Source of the DNA: Patescibacteria group bacterium
GTDB lineage: Bacteria > Patescibacteriota > Microgenomatia > UBA10105 > UBA927
Assembly (NCBI GenBank): GCA_038062895.1
Contig: JBBTWJ010000006.1
Span: 48,862 to 112,861, forward strand
Direction: 5' to 3'
DNA length: 64,000 nt
Position numbers and translations under genes: made by a program. Position 1 is the stretch's first letter. Every line of letters starts with the position of its first letter. Of this stretch, positions 55,785-64,000 are shown one piece after another. The notes below the pieces were generated by a model. It was not told where the DNA came from, did not search any database, and was given only the letters and a program-made list of their open reading frames with translations.

Positions 55785-56942
55785 TTATGCAAAAGAAAAC
55801 ATGGAAGGATAAATTTTTTTGTAATAAAATTTCTGACTCAACGTATAAGCATTCTTACTATAAAAAGAATATCTCGAAATAATTTTTTTGACCGCCTCAA
55901 CAAAAGCACGGGGATCTTTAGAGTTGATAACAATGCCAGCCTCTGTTTTTTCCACTTCTTCGGCAAATTCTAATATATCCGTGGTAATAACGGGCATCCC
56001 CAAACTCAAATAGCGTTTGATCTTCCCAGGATCACCGTAATGTGAAACGTTACTTACGTCAGAATCGTATGTGGCGATACCAATCGAACATTTTTTCAAA
56101 ACTTCATTGAACGACTCTCCCTCTAAATATCCGTAGAAGGTAGTATTTATTTTTGATTTTTTAGCCCTTTCTTTAATGTAATTCTCATCAGGACCTGATC
56201 CAATAATCTCATATCCTACATCTCCAAATTCATCCAGCAACGTATCATCATTGTCAAAAACAGTGACGACCCCTTGACTCTTTTTTAGCACGCCGATAAA
56301 CCCAAACACGATTCTATCGGGCTTATACTTCTTTATGAACGGAAATCTATCAGTCCCAATCGGTATAATTTTATGCTTTGCGTTTTTCTGAAAAATACCT
56401 ATATCTTTCCGTAAATTTAACAGGCGTCGGTTTACAAACGTAACTGTGTCCGAATAAGAACTAATTTTATCGAATTGCCAATAAATAAAACGCATCAACA
56501 TCACGATTTTATTTTCATGTAGCGGAGGATAATAATCCCATACCCAAAATATAGTTTTATCAACAACTCCAATTCCCTTCAAAAGACTTCCTATCCAAGC
56601 GGTGAAGGCATTAACCGTAAAGTATATATCTATAGAATTGTATTTCATCCTCAACCAAGATGAAAATAGAATCACTTCCAAACAGGTAATGATGGATCGT
56701 ATCGGAATTAACAAAAATACAAATTTTTGAATGAGGGGTATTTGAAATAATGAAAATGTCCTCTGAAGGTTACCGTCAAAATATATCTCGAGTGTATTAT
56801 AATTTCTTTTGTTCCGTAAATTATGAAAACCAATAGAAAAAACAAAAACTTTCTGAAAATTTTCTACTATATAATCCAAAATTTTCCCAGAATTTTCATA
56901 CGGAGAATAATTTACATATATAATGGATTTGCTTCTTCTCAT
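55785..56942 (-). CDS. glycosyltransferase (GT-B fold, GT1/GT4-like, divergent)
   Basis: 385 aa; C-terminal region with GYLEGESF...IATYDSDVS..GDPGKIKRYLSLGMPVITTD resembling Glycos_transf_1. Confidence 0.55.
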   Translation of the reverse strand: MRRSKSIIYVNYSPYENSGKILDYIVENFQKVFVFSIGFHNLRNKRNYNTLEIYFDGNLQRTFSLFQIPLIQKFVFLLIPIRSIITCLEVILFSSWLRMKYNSIDIYFTVNAFTAWIGSLLKGIGVVDKTIFWVWDYYPPLHENKIVMLMRFIYWQFDKISSYSDTVTFVNRRLLNLRKDIGIFQKNAKHKIIPIGTDRFPFIKKYKPDRIVFGFIGVLKKSQGVVTVFDNDDTLLDEFGDVGYEIIGSGPDENYIKERAKKSKINTTFYGYLEGESFNEVLKKCSIGIATYDSDVSNVSHYGDPGKIKRYLSLGMPVITTDILEFAEEVEKTEAGIVINSKDPRAFVEAVKKIISRYSFYSKNAYTLSQKFYYKKIYPSMFSFA

Positions 56943-56965
56943 AGGAATGATGGAATGATATCATA

Positions 56966-57982
56966 ATGGTGTTGAAGAATATATCGTATAAACAACAAAA
57001 AACTATGTTAAAAAAGAAAACTGCGTTGGTAACCGGAGCTGGCGGATTTATTGGACATCACCTGGTAAAATTTCTTCAAGAAAAAGGGTATTGGACAAGA
57101 GGTGTTGATCTAAAGAAACCAGAATTCGAAAAAACTTCTGCGGATGAATTCAAACTTCTTGATCTCCGCGAAAAAAATAATGCATTGAAAGCCGTTCAGG
57201 ATATGCAATACGTGTTTAACCTTGCGGCAAATATGGGTGGCGTAGGCTTCATAGAAACAGTTCATGCAGAAATAATGCACGATAACCTTCTGATTGACGC
57301 GAACATGATAGATTCAGCCTATACTGCTCAAGCGGAACGCTACTTCTATTCCTCATCCGCATGCATATATCCTATAAACAAGCAGACAGAAGTTAAAAAC
57401 AACGGACTGAAAGAACATGACGCCTATCCCGCAAATCCGGACAATGAGTACGGTTGGGAAAAAATTCTTGCTGAACGATTATGCCTTAACTATCATCAGG
57501 ATTATAACTTTGAAGCCCGTATTGCTCGATTTCATAATGTCTTCGGACCCTTAGGAACATGGCAGGGAGGAAGAGAAAAATCTCCCGCCGCTCTTTGCAG
57601 AAAAATTGCTCTTGCAAAAAGCGGTGATGAAATAGAAGTATGGGGCGACGGCAAACAAACAAGATCATATTGCTTTATCAATGACTGCCTTGAAGGTGTT
57701 TACAAACTTATGATGTCAGATATCCATGAACCTCTGAACATCGGATCTGATAAAGATATCTCCATTAATGATTTAATTGATACTATCGCCCATATTGCAG
57801 GTAAAAAAATTAAAAAACGATATAACAGGCAAAAACCACAAGGAGTAAGAGGAAGAAACTCAGACAATACATTAATGAACAAATACTTTCACTGGGAGCC
57901 TTCTACATCACTTATAACAGGGTTAACAGAGACATACTCGTGGATCCTAACGCAAATACAACAAGGTAAACTCCAAAAATAG
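56966..57982 (+). CDS. GDP-mannose 3,5-epimerase (GME; GDP-L-galactose/GDP-L-gulose forming); probable start Met at 57005
   Basis: Aligns nearly end-to-end with plant/bacterial GME: NLAANMGGVGFI, YSSSACIYP, FHNVFGPLGTWQGGREKSPAALCRK, GVRGRNSDN. Confidence 0.85.
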   Translation: MVLKNISYKQQKTMLKKKTALVTGAGGFIGHHLVKFLQEKGYWTRGVDLKKPEFEKTSADEFKLLDLREKNNALKAVQDMQYVFNLAANMGGVGFIETVHAEIMHDNLLIDANMIDSAYTAQAERYFYSSSACIYPINKQTEVKNNGLKEHDAYPANPDNEYGWEKILAERLCLNYHQDYNFEARIARFHNVFGPLGTWQGGREKSPAALCRKIALAKSGDEIEVWGDGKQTRSYCFINDCLEGVYKLMMSDIHEPLNIGSDKDISINDLIDTIAHIAGKKIKKRYNRQKPQGVRGRNSDNTLMNKYFHWEPSTSLITGLTETYSWILTQIQQGKLQK

Positions 57983-58000
57983 GGCTTACATATTTTTTAT

Positions 58001-58681
58001 ATGTTAAGAGTAAGTTTTTTGTCTTCAGGTTCGGGATATACAACCGCAACGATACTCCACGCAATACAAAAAGGCGTCTTGACGAATATTATTCCGGTTA
58101 GCATAATATCCGACAGAGAAAGCAAGTCATTAGACTTGGCTTCCAAATTTCACATCATACCTCATGTAGTAAATTATCACGATGCAAGTTCACGAGAGGA
58201 ATTTTCTGACAACATTTTACATATTTTCAAAAAAGAGAGCATTGATGTTTCTTTTTCGACGTTTGATCGAATATTATCCGGAAAGATACTTCATAGCTAC
58301 AAAAATAGACTTATCAATATTCACCCGTCTCTTCTCCCCTCTTTTCCCGGCTATGGCACCACAGCTCAAGCCATAAAATACGGCTCTAAATTTATCGGAG
58401 CTACATGCCATTTCATCGACGCTGAAATAGATCATGGACCAATCATTAATCAGGCAATTCTGCCACTCAATGATAACGAAAATCTCGATTCAATTAATCA
58501 AAAATTATATAAATTGAAGCAACAGTTAGCCTTAGAATCGCTCTATGCATTTTGTACTAATCTGATTACTGTCAAAGACAGATACGTTAAAATAAAAACC
58601 GCTCAATATGATAGTTTGCCAGTCAATCCAACCTTAAACTTGCCTCAAATCATTGATTTTTTGCGTACGTATGACAAATAA
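58001..58681 (+). CDS. formyltransferase family protein (putative NDP-amino-sugar N-formyltransferase)
   Basis: 226 aa; Formyl_trans_N motifs INIHPSLLPSFPG and HFIDAEIDHGPIINQ (catalytic His/Asp) as in PurN/ArnA-N/WbkC-type enzymes; located in sugar cluster. Confidence 0.75.
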   Translation: MLRVSFLSSGSGYTTATILHAIQKGVLTNIIPVSIISDRESKSLDLASKFHIIPHVVNYHDASSREEFSDNILHIFKKESIDVSFSTFDRILSGKILHSYKNRLINIHPSLLPSFPGYGTTAQAIKYGSKFIGATCHFIDAEIDHGPIINQAILPLNDNENLDSINQKLYKLKQQLALESLYAFCTNLITVKDRYVKIKTAQYDSLPVNPTLNLPQIIDFLRTYDK

Positions 58682-59372
58682 GATTGCGATACTACAGCCA
58701 TCTTATATACCGTGGCTTGGTTATTTTGATCAAATCAACAGAGTTGATACATTTATTTTTTATGATGATGTTTTATATACTAAAAATGACTGGAGAAATA
58801 GAAATAAAATCAAAACACCAAGTGGTGTTTCCTGGCTAACTATACCTGTTACTATCAAAAATAGACTAAAAGATTATCTACTGATCAAGGATGTAATGAT
58901 CATTGATCCAAATATTTTAAAAAATCATTTAAAAACAATTGAATTTAATTACAAAAAAAGCCCATTTTTCCAAGATTTTTATTCAACAATAGCTCCCATC
59001 TTTAATACGGAGTATCACCTATTAGCTGACCTAAGCATAGATATTATTAAAACGGTTTGCGAATATATAGGCCTCAAAGGTAAAAATTTATTACGAAGCT
59101 CCGATTTAGGCATTGTTGGCACAAATCCCACGGATAGATTAATAAATCTATGTAAGAAATTCGAGGCTACCAATTATTTATCATCGGATAATTCTAAAAA
59201 TTACCTTAAGGAAAAAATGTTCGAAGAAAATGATATTATCCTTGAATATCAAAAATACAGTCATCCGAGATATAAACAGTCATGGGGCGACTTTGTTCCC
59301 TATTTATCAATAATTGATCTAATTTTTAACGAAGGACCAAAATCATTAAGTATTTTATCTAATAATGTATAA
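58671..59372 (+). CDS. WbqC-like family protein
   Basis: ORF 58653-59372; likely start MTNKIAILQPSYIPWLGYFDQI matches WbqC-like N-terminal signature; commonly co-occurs with sugar formyl/aminotransferases. Confidence 0.65.
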   Translation: MTNKIAILQPSYIPWLGYFDQINRVDTFIFYDDVLYTKNDWRNRNKIKTPSGVSWLTIPVTIKNRLKDYLLIKDVMIIDPNILKNHLKTIEFNYKKSPFFQDFYSTIAPIFNTEYHLLADLSIDIIKTVCEYIGLKGKNLLRSSDLGIVGTNPTDRLINLCKKFEATNYLSSDNSKNYLKEKMFEENDIILEYQKYSHPRYKQSWGDFVPYLSIIDLIFNEGPKSLSILSNNV

Positions 59373-60375
59373 GCATATATTTATTACCGGAGCAGGCGGA
59401 TATATTGGCTCCAAAATGGTTTCCTTCTTTCTTGAAAAAGGATTTTTTGTGACTGCGCTAGACAAATTTTTTTTCGGTAACGTATTGAATGATTTAAAAG
59501 AAAATAAATCATTAAACATCATTAATGGAGATATCAGATTATTTGATAAAAAAGTGCTGAAAAATGTAGACGTTGTCGTTGATTTAGCCGCAATTTCAAG
59601 TGATCTTGCTTCTGAACTTAATCCTACACTCACACACGAAATTAACTGTGAAGGCGCCATGCGGGTTGCCCGACTTGCCAAAGAAATGATGGTTAAAAAA
59701 TACATTTTTTCATCTTCCTGCAATGTCTATGGAGCAGGGAATGATATTTTTGATGAGACTTCCCAATTCCATCCTATTGGATCCTATGCAATAAGCAAGG
59801 CAGAGGCCGAAAAAAAACTTTTAAAACTTGCTGATGACAATTTCACTGTGACGATAATGCGAAATGCACCGGTATATGGATTATCTGAAAGAAGAATGCG
59901 ATTTGATCTTATCGTAAATATTATGACTCTGCATGCTATGAAGCATAATACAATTAGAATTTTTAATGGTGGAAAACAATGGCGCCCCTTAATTCATATC
60001 AATGACTGCATCACTGCATTTTTATGTATCATCATGGAAAATGATTTAATAAAAATTCAGCGACAAATTTTTAATGTAGGTTCGAATGGACAAACATATC
60101 AAATGTACGAAATTGCAGCAAAAATTAAAAAATATTTCCCGAATGTAGTAATAGAGAATGTGCCAGGTTACCACGATAAGATCAGTTATCGCGCTGATTT
60201 TGATAAAATCAAGAATGTATTACATTTTCGGACGAAAAAATCAATTGACGATGGCATTATAGAAATAAAAAATGCCATAATAAAGGGAATTATTCGAGAT
60301 AATACGGAAACCCGAATATTTGAACGCTATCAATACCTTCTTTCAGAAAAAAAATTGACTTCGTTCAATGGGTAA
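59365..60375 (+). CDS. NAD-dependent epimerase/dehydratase (putative NDP-hexose 4,6-dehydratase)
   Basis: 336 aa; ITGAGGYIGS Rossmann motif, S...YxxxK (YAISK). Confidence 0.75.
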   Translation: MYKHIFITGAGGYIGSKMVSFFLEKGFFVTALDKFFFGNVLNDLKENKSLNIINGDIRLFDKKVLKNVDVVVDLAAISSDLASELNPTLTHEINCEGAMRVARLAKEMMVKKYIFSSSCNVYGAGNDIFDETSQFHPIGSYAISKAEAEKKLLKLADDNFTVTIMRNAPVYGLSERRMRFDLIVNIMTLHAMKHNTIRIFNGGKQWRPLIHINDCITAFLCIIMENDLIKIQRQIFNVGSNGQTYQMYEIAAKIKKYFPNVVIENVPGYHDKISYRADFDKIKNVLHFRTKKSIDDGIIEIKNAIIKGIIRDNTETRIFERYQYLLSEKKLTSFNG

Positions 60376-60380
60376 AAAAC

Positions 60381-61526
60381 ATGATAAAAAAAGAAATACA
60401 ATTTTACAAACATAATATAGGAGTTGAGGAAATAAACGCAGTTACTGAAGTACTTCGATCACCTTTTCTTACCACCGGAAAATACGTAGATCTGTTTGAA
60501 GAAAACTTTGCCAAATATTTGCAAACTCACTTCGCTGTAGGGCTTACAAGCTGTACTGCAGCACTTCATTTATCCCTATTAGCAGCCGGAGTTAAGCCAG
60601 GTGATGAGGTGATTACCACTCCCCTGTCATTTGTTGCAACTGCAAATTCCATTTGTATGGTGGGAGCAACGCCAATTTTTGTCGACGTAGAAAAAGATAC
60701 TGGGAATATAGACGCTGATCTCGTCGAAAAAGCTGTAACCCAAAAAACTAAAGCTATTCTGCCGGTTCATTTGTACGGACAAATGGTTAATATGAAAAAG
60801 ATTTTACGTATTGCGCATAAGCGCAATATAAAGGTGATTGAAGATTCTGCTCATGCGTTAGAGGCACAGCGGGACGGAGTAAAACCCGGACAAAAATCAT
60901 TTGGTTCGTGTTTTAGTTTTTATGCAACAAAAAGTATAACGTCCGCCGAAGGAGGAGCTTTCACAACAAACGATGAGTCAATCGCAAAACTTGTAACAAA
61001 GTTTAGGTCTCACGGAATAACAAGTGAACTTGCCCAGAGAGAAAGAACTGGATTAAAAACATATGATGTCGATGTCTTAGGATGGAAATACAATATGAAT
61101 AATATTCAAGCAGCACTACTCATTCCCCAAATTAGAAAAATAGAAAAACAATGGAACCAAAGAGAAAAAATTGCAAATAAATACAGAGAAGCATTCACAA
61201 AGTTTGCCATAGAAATGCCGCGGGAATATAATAACTCAAAACACGGAAGACACATATTTCCGATCTGGGTTTCAGCTCAAAAAAGGGACAAAATATTAGA
61301 ATACATCAATGACCATGGCGTCGGAGGCGTGATCAACTATCCCGCTATTCATCTATTTTCATTTTATAAAAAGACTTTCGGTTTTCACGAGGGAATGTTT
61401 CCAAATGCAGAAAAGATTGCAAAACAAACCATCTCTCTTCCGCTCTATCCAAAATTGACAGAAGAAGAAACAGATTATGTAATAAAGATTGTTAAACAAG
61501 CAGTTGAAACCTCGGTCAAAAATTGA
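60381..61526 (+). CDS. DegT/DnrJ/EryC1/StrS family PLP-dependent sugar aminotransferase
   Basis: 381 aa; GDEVITTPLSFVATAN, EDSAHA, SFYATKSITSAEGG. Confidence 0.9.
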   Translation: MIKKEIQFYKHNIGVEEINAVTEVLRSPFLTTGKYVDLFEENFAKYLQTHFAVGLTSCTAALHLSLLAAGVKPGDEVITTPLSFVATANSICMVGATPIFVDVEKDTGNIDADLVEKAVTQKTKAILPVHLYGQMVNMKKILRIAHKRNIKVIEDSAHALEAQRDGVKPGQKSFGSCFSFYATKSITSAEGGAFTTNDESIAKLVTKFRSHGITSELAQRERTGLKTYDVDVLGWKYNMNNIQAALLIPQIRKIEKQWNQREKIANKYREAFTKFAIEMPREYNNSKHGRHIFPIWVSAQKRDKILEYINDHGVGGVINYPAIHLFSFYKKTFGFHEGMFPNAEKIAKQTISLPLYPKLTEEETDYVIKIVKQAVETSVKN

Positions 61527-61565
61527 CACCATTATCAAATTCATCGCTCATATTGAAATGCTTAC

Positions 61566-62312
61566 CTATTTATTATTCAAATAAATTGTATTTAATCCGT
61601 TGTCATAATATTCTTTATATCTATTATTTCTCATTAATGAATCTATTCTAACTTTTTTACTGGATCTTTTACCTGTTATCATTAAATTAAAATCTCCCGT
61701 TTCGACGCAAACAACGGTAGGTCTAAATTTTTTCCAATTATTACTTTCCAAAACTTCAAAATCCAATCCTTCTGTATCAATCGATAGGAAATCTATTTTT
61801 GCAGTACAATATTTCTCGATTACACTTTTTAACGTAAATACGGGAATTTCCAACTCTTGTTTTAACTTATATCCTAATTTTAAATTACTTGCCCTCTCGT
61901 CTTTAGAAAAAGTTGACAAACCGTCAACTTCAAATTCATAAAATGAAGCAATACCTGAAGTATTTTTAATCCCAATATTTAAATTAATATCTCTTTTCCG
62001 TTGCCTTATAAATTCCTTTAATAATATTGGGTTTGGCTCTATGTTTATACCGCTCCATCCTTTGAGATAAAACTTTTTTGTATTATTAAAAATATTTGGG
62101 TTATGTGCCCCGATATCGATATAAAAACCCTTCTTTTTCTGACCAATAACCCTTTCAATAATCAAATCTTCGCCTTTTTGACTAAATGACCCCTTTAAAT
62201 ATTTTTTAATAAACGTATCATTAAGTGCCTTAATAATAAATACAAAAAAAAATATAAAACCCCGCTTTTTGTATATTGATATAAATTGTCTTATAAGTGC
62301 CCTTGCATTCAT
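61566..62312 (-). CDS. FkbM family methyltransferase
   Basis: 248 aa; GFYIDIGAHNP and IDFLSIDTEGLDFEVL motifs of Methyltransf_21. Confidence 0.8.
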   Translation of the reverse strand: MNARALIRQFISIYKKRGFIFFFVFIIKALNDTFIKKYLKGSFSQKGEDLIIERVIGQKKKGFYIDIGAHNPNIFNNTKKFYLKGWSGINIEPNPILLKEFIRQRKRDINLNIGIKNTSGIASFYEFEVDGLSTFSKDERASNLKLGYKLKQELEIPVFTLKSVIEKYCTAKIDFLSIDTEGLDFEVLESNNWKKFRPTVVCVETGDFNLMITGKRSSKKVRIDSLMRNNRYKEYYDNGLNTIYLNNK

Positions 62313-62950
62313 TTATTTTTTGTGGCTACAACGATAAATCCTTTTGATATGCTCCAAAATATCGGCATTCTCTGAATTAACTTTATACCAAAAGATCGTA
62401 TAAAGGGATTGAAAAAACCTCTACTACCGCATCCCAAGTAAGCAGCCTTCTCGTCGGGAAGATGAAAATAATATTCACAAGGATATTGGTTGAATAATTT
62501 TTTCATTCCAAAATATGATCTTGAATACGAACAGTCCTTATAGGATCTACCCTTCCCTGTAATACGCAAATACCTATCAGCAATAGAGAGAGGCACCCAG
62601 CCTAGGAAGGGCAACCCATAATGAGATTCAAACAACCACCACTTGTTTGGCGCGGTAACATAAACCATTCCGCCCGGCTTAAGTAAGGAGAATATTTTTT
62701 TGAATGATCTTTCCACATGAGACATATGTTCCACGGTGGTGAGGCTAACTATTAAATCAAAAGTCCCTTTTGTATGAAAATCTTCGACTTTACAGTTATA
62801 AAAATTAATTCTAGATTTTCTTATGCTCTTGCTTTTGATCGCGACGTTATACACTTTCTTATATGGTTCTATCCCGATTACCTCTTTAACATATTTTCCA
62901 AGTTCAAACGAGTACTCGCCCCAACCCGATCCAACATCTAATACTCGCAA
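62309..62950 (-). CDS. class I SAM-dependent methyltransferase (TTG start as drawn)
   Basis: 213 aa; motif I RVLDVGSGWGEY right at N-terminus; VSLTTVEHM; start codon at 62950-62948 is TTG; an upstream out-of-frame 46-codon ORF (63078-62938) could indicate a frameshifted N-terminus. Confidence 0.7.
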   Translation of the reverse strand: MRVLDVGSGWGEYSFELGKYVKEVIGIEPYKKVYNVAIKSKSIRKSRINFYNCKVEDFHTKGTFDLIVSLTTVEHMSHVERSFKKIFSLLKPGGMVYVTAPNKWWLFESHYGLPFLGWVPLSIADRYLRITGKGRSYKDCSYSRSYFGMKKLFNQYPCEYYFHLPDEKAAYLGCGSRGFFNPFIRSFGIKLIQRMPIFWSISKGFIVVATKNK

Positions 62951-63238
62951 ATCCTTAGCTTTTTTTGTAATCGCTTTTCCGCGATGATGAGGATCTCCCT
63001 TACCGTTGCTGCTATGACTGAGTGGGGAATTTGAGAGGGTAAAATATCTCTGAAGTACTCTTGTTTAAAGTTATTCATTTCTTGATACTTAAATTAATTT
63101 TCCTAAATCTACCATCATATTCGATTTGATGGTATGCCTATAACGGTGCCTACCATTTTAATCTTTAACCTTAAATAAGTAAAGATAATCATCTATAAAT
63201 CTGGTAAATAACCGAACAATATGATATAAATCTAGGTT

Positions 63239-64000
63239 ATGTTTCTTTATAGTTTGTTTGTTCCACTTTTCTCCTTCATCTTGCAGGTATGGCCCCGTTT
63301 AATAAATCGATATTTTGGAATAGATACATGGCGGCATTTATTACTTGCTGACTATGTACGAAGATATCATAAAATTCCGACCGTACTAGAAGAACAATAT
63401 ATTCGTTCTTCTGGAGATCCGGGATATCCCCCGGTAATTTACCTTATCTTATCAAGATTTAGCAAGGGTTTTACCGAACGATATCAATTTATATTTGCAC
63501 CATTTTTTGACGCAATTCAAAATTATTGCATCTTTTGGTTTGCCTATCTGATTACGAACGACATTACCTCGGCAATCTGTGCCCAAGTTATCGCAGCGCT
63601 CACGCCAATTGCAGTTATTGAAGCAAGCAATCTAAGCACAAGAACTCTCAGTTATCTGATTTTTACTCTATCCTTTCTGTCTCTTGTTATATTTTCCATC
63701 ACCAATTTATATATTTGGCTATTTATAGCATTTGTCATGTTAATAGTGCTTTTCCTAACACATAAATTTGCTATTCAAGCGTACCTATTTATATCGACAG
63801 GATTTTCCATAGCGGAGAAGGACCCTTTCTATATTTTATTTTTTCTTGGTACATTTATTTTTATGTATACTGTAATGAAAAAAATTTATAGGCCGATTTT
63901 GAAGGAACATATGTTGATCCTTTCTTTCTGGAGAAGAAACATATCTGATAGATTTATCCATCAATTTAGAGGACATTCTAAATCGGATCAAGTGAAAGAT
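63239..64000 (+). CDS. polytopic membrane protein, N-terminal part (possible oligosaccharide repeat-unit polymerase/other glycan membrane protein), runs off window end
   Basis: Not in supplied track because it is open to the window edge; translation from ATG 63239: MFLYSLFVPLFSFILQVWPRLINRYFGIDTWRHLLLADYV... with at least 6 hydrophobic helices, no stop before 64000. Confidence 0.45.
   Translation, partial: MFLYSLFVPLFSFILQVWPRLINRYFGIDTWRHLLLADYVRRYHKIPTVLEEQYIRSSGDPGYPPVIYLILSRFSKGFTERYQFIFAPFFDAIQNYCIFWFAYLITNDITSAICAQVIAALTPIAVIEASNLSTRTLSYLIFTLSFLSLVIFSITNLYIWLFIAFVMLIVLFLTHKFAIQAYLFISTGFSIAEKDPFYILFFLGTFIFMYTVMKKIYRPILKEHMLILSFWRRNISDRFIHQFRGHSKSDQVKD

Noticed and set aside
1-64000. Search for rRNA, tRNA or tmRNA genes and CRISPR arrays
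   Set aside because: No stretch shows rRNA-like conserved blocks, tRNA cloverleaf potential or regularly spaced direct repeats; none called.

Overview
This 64-kb window reads like a compact bacterial genome with many short gene overlaps, possibly an uncultivated, CPR-like lineage, though I cannot establish that from sequence alone. It has three blocks.

Block 1 (1-9.7 kb, all minus strand) is a tightly packed division/cell-wall operon: mraZ, rsmH, ftsL, ftsI, a MurE that lacks the N-terminal UDP-binding domain, pgeF (yfiH), murC, murB, murA and a partial nucleotidyltransferase at the window edge. A sigma70-like promoter and MraZ-type direct repeats sit upstream of mraZ.

Block 2 (9.7-18 kb) holds a PaaX-like regulator with a Cas2-like core flanked by a palindrome, a histidine phosphatase, recO and a DUF4012 protein. 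Its most notable feature is a glyA-glyQS operon preceded by what looks like a tandem pair of T-box antiterminator/terminator modules with UGGA tRNA-acceptor bulges.

Block 3 (18-64 kb) is a large cell-surface polysaccharide locus.
- Biosynthesis: an initiating phosphoglycosyltransferase, GDP-mannose pyrophosphorylase, about 13 glycosyltransferases (GT2, GT4, GT-C), GalE, two DegT aminotransferases, WcaF-like acetyltransferases, several SAM methyltransferases, a Wzy-like fusion protein, and three paralogous giant GT-C-like membrane proteins with small membrane partners.
- Apparent recent insertions: an AbiEi/AbiEii toxin-antitoxin pair bounded by a 47-bp duplication of a neighbouring GT2 gene start, a DinD/Bro-N gene between two GT4 genes, a truncated GT4, and short hairpin repeats inserted in-frame into two glycosyltransferase genes.
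- A lower-GC sub-island (about 57-63 kb) on the plus strand encodes GDP-mannose 3,5-epimerase, a sugar N-formyltransferase, a WbqC-like protein, a dehydratase, an aminotransferase and FkbM methyltransferases; a GDP-L-fucose synthase lies nearby.

No rRNA, tRNA or CRISPR array was found. All calls are from reading the sequence and the ORF translations; no searches were run.
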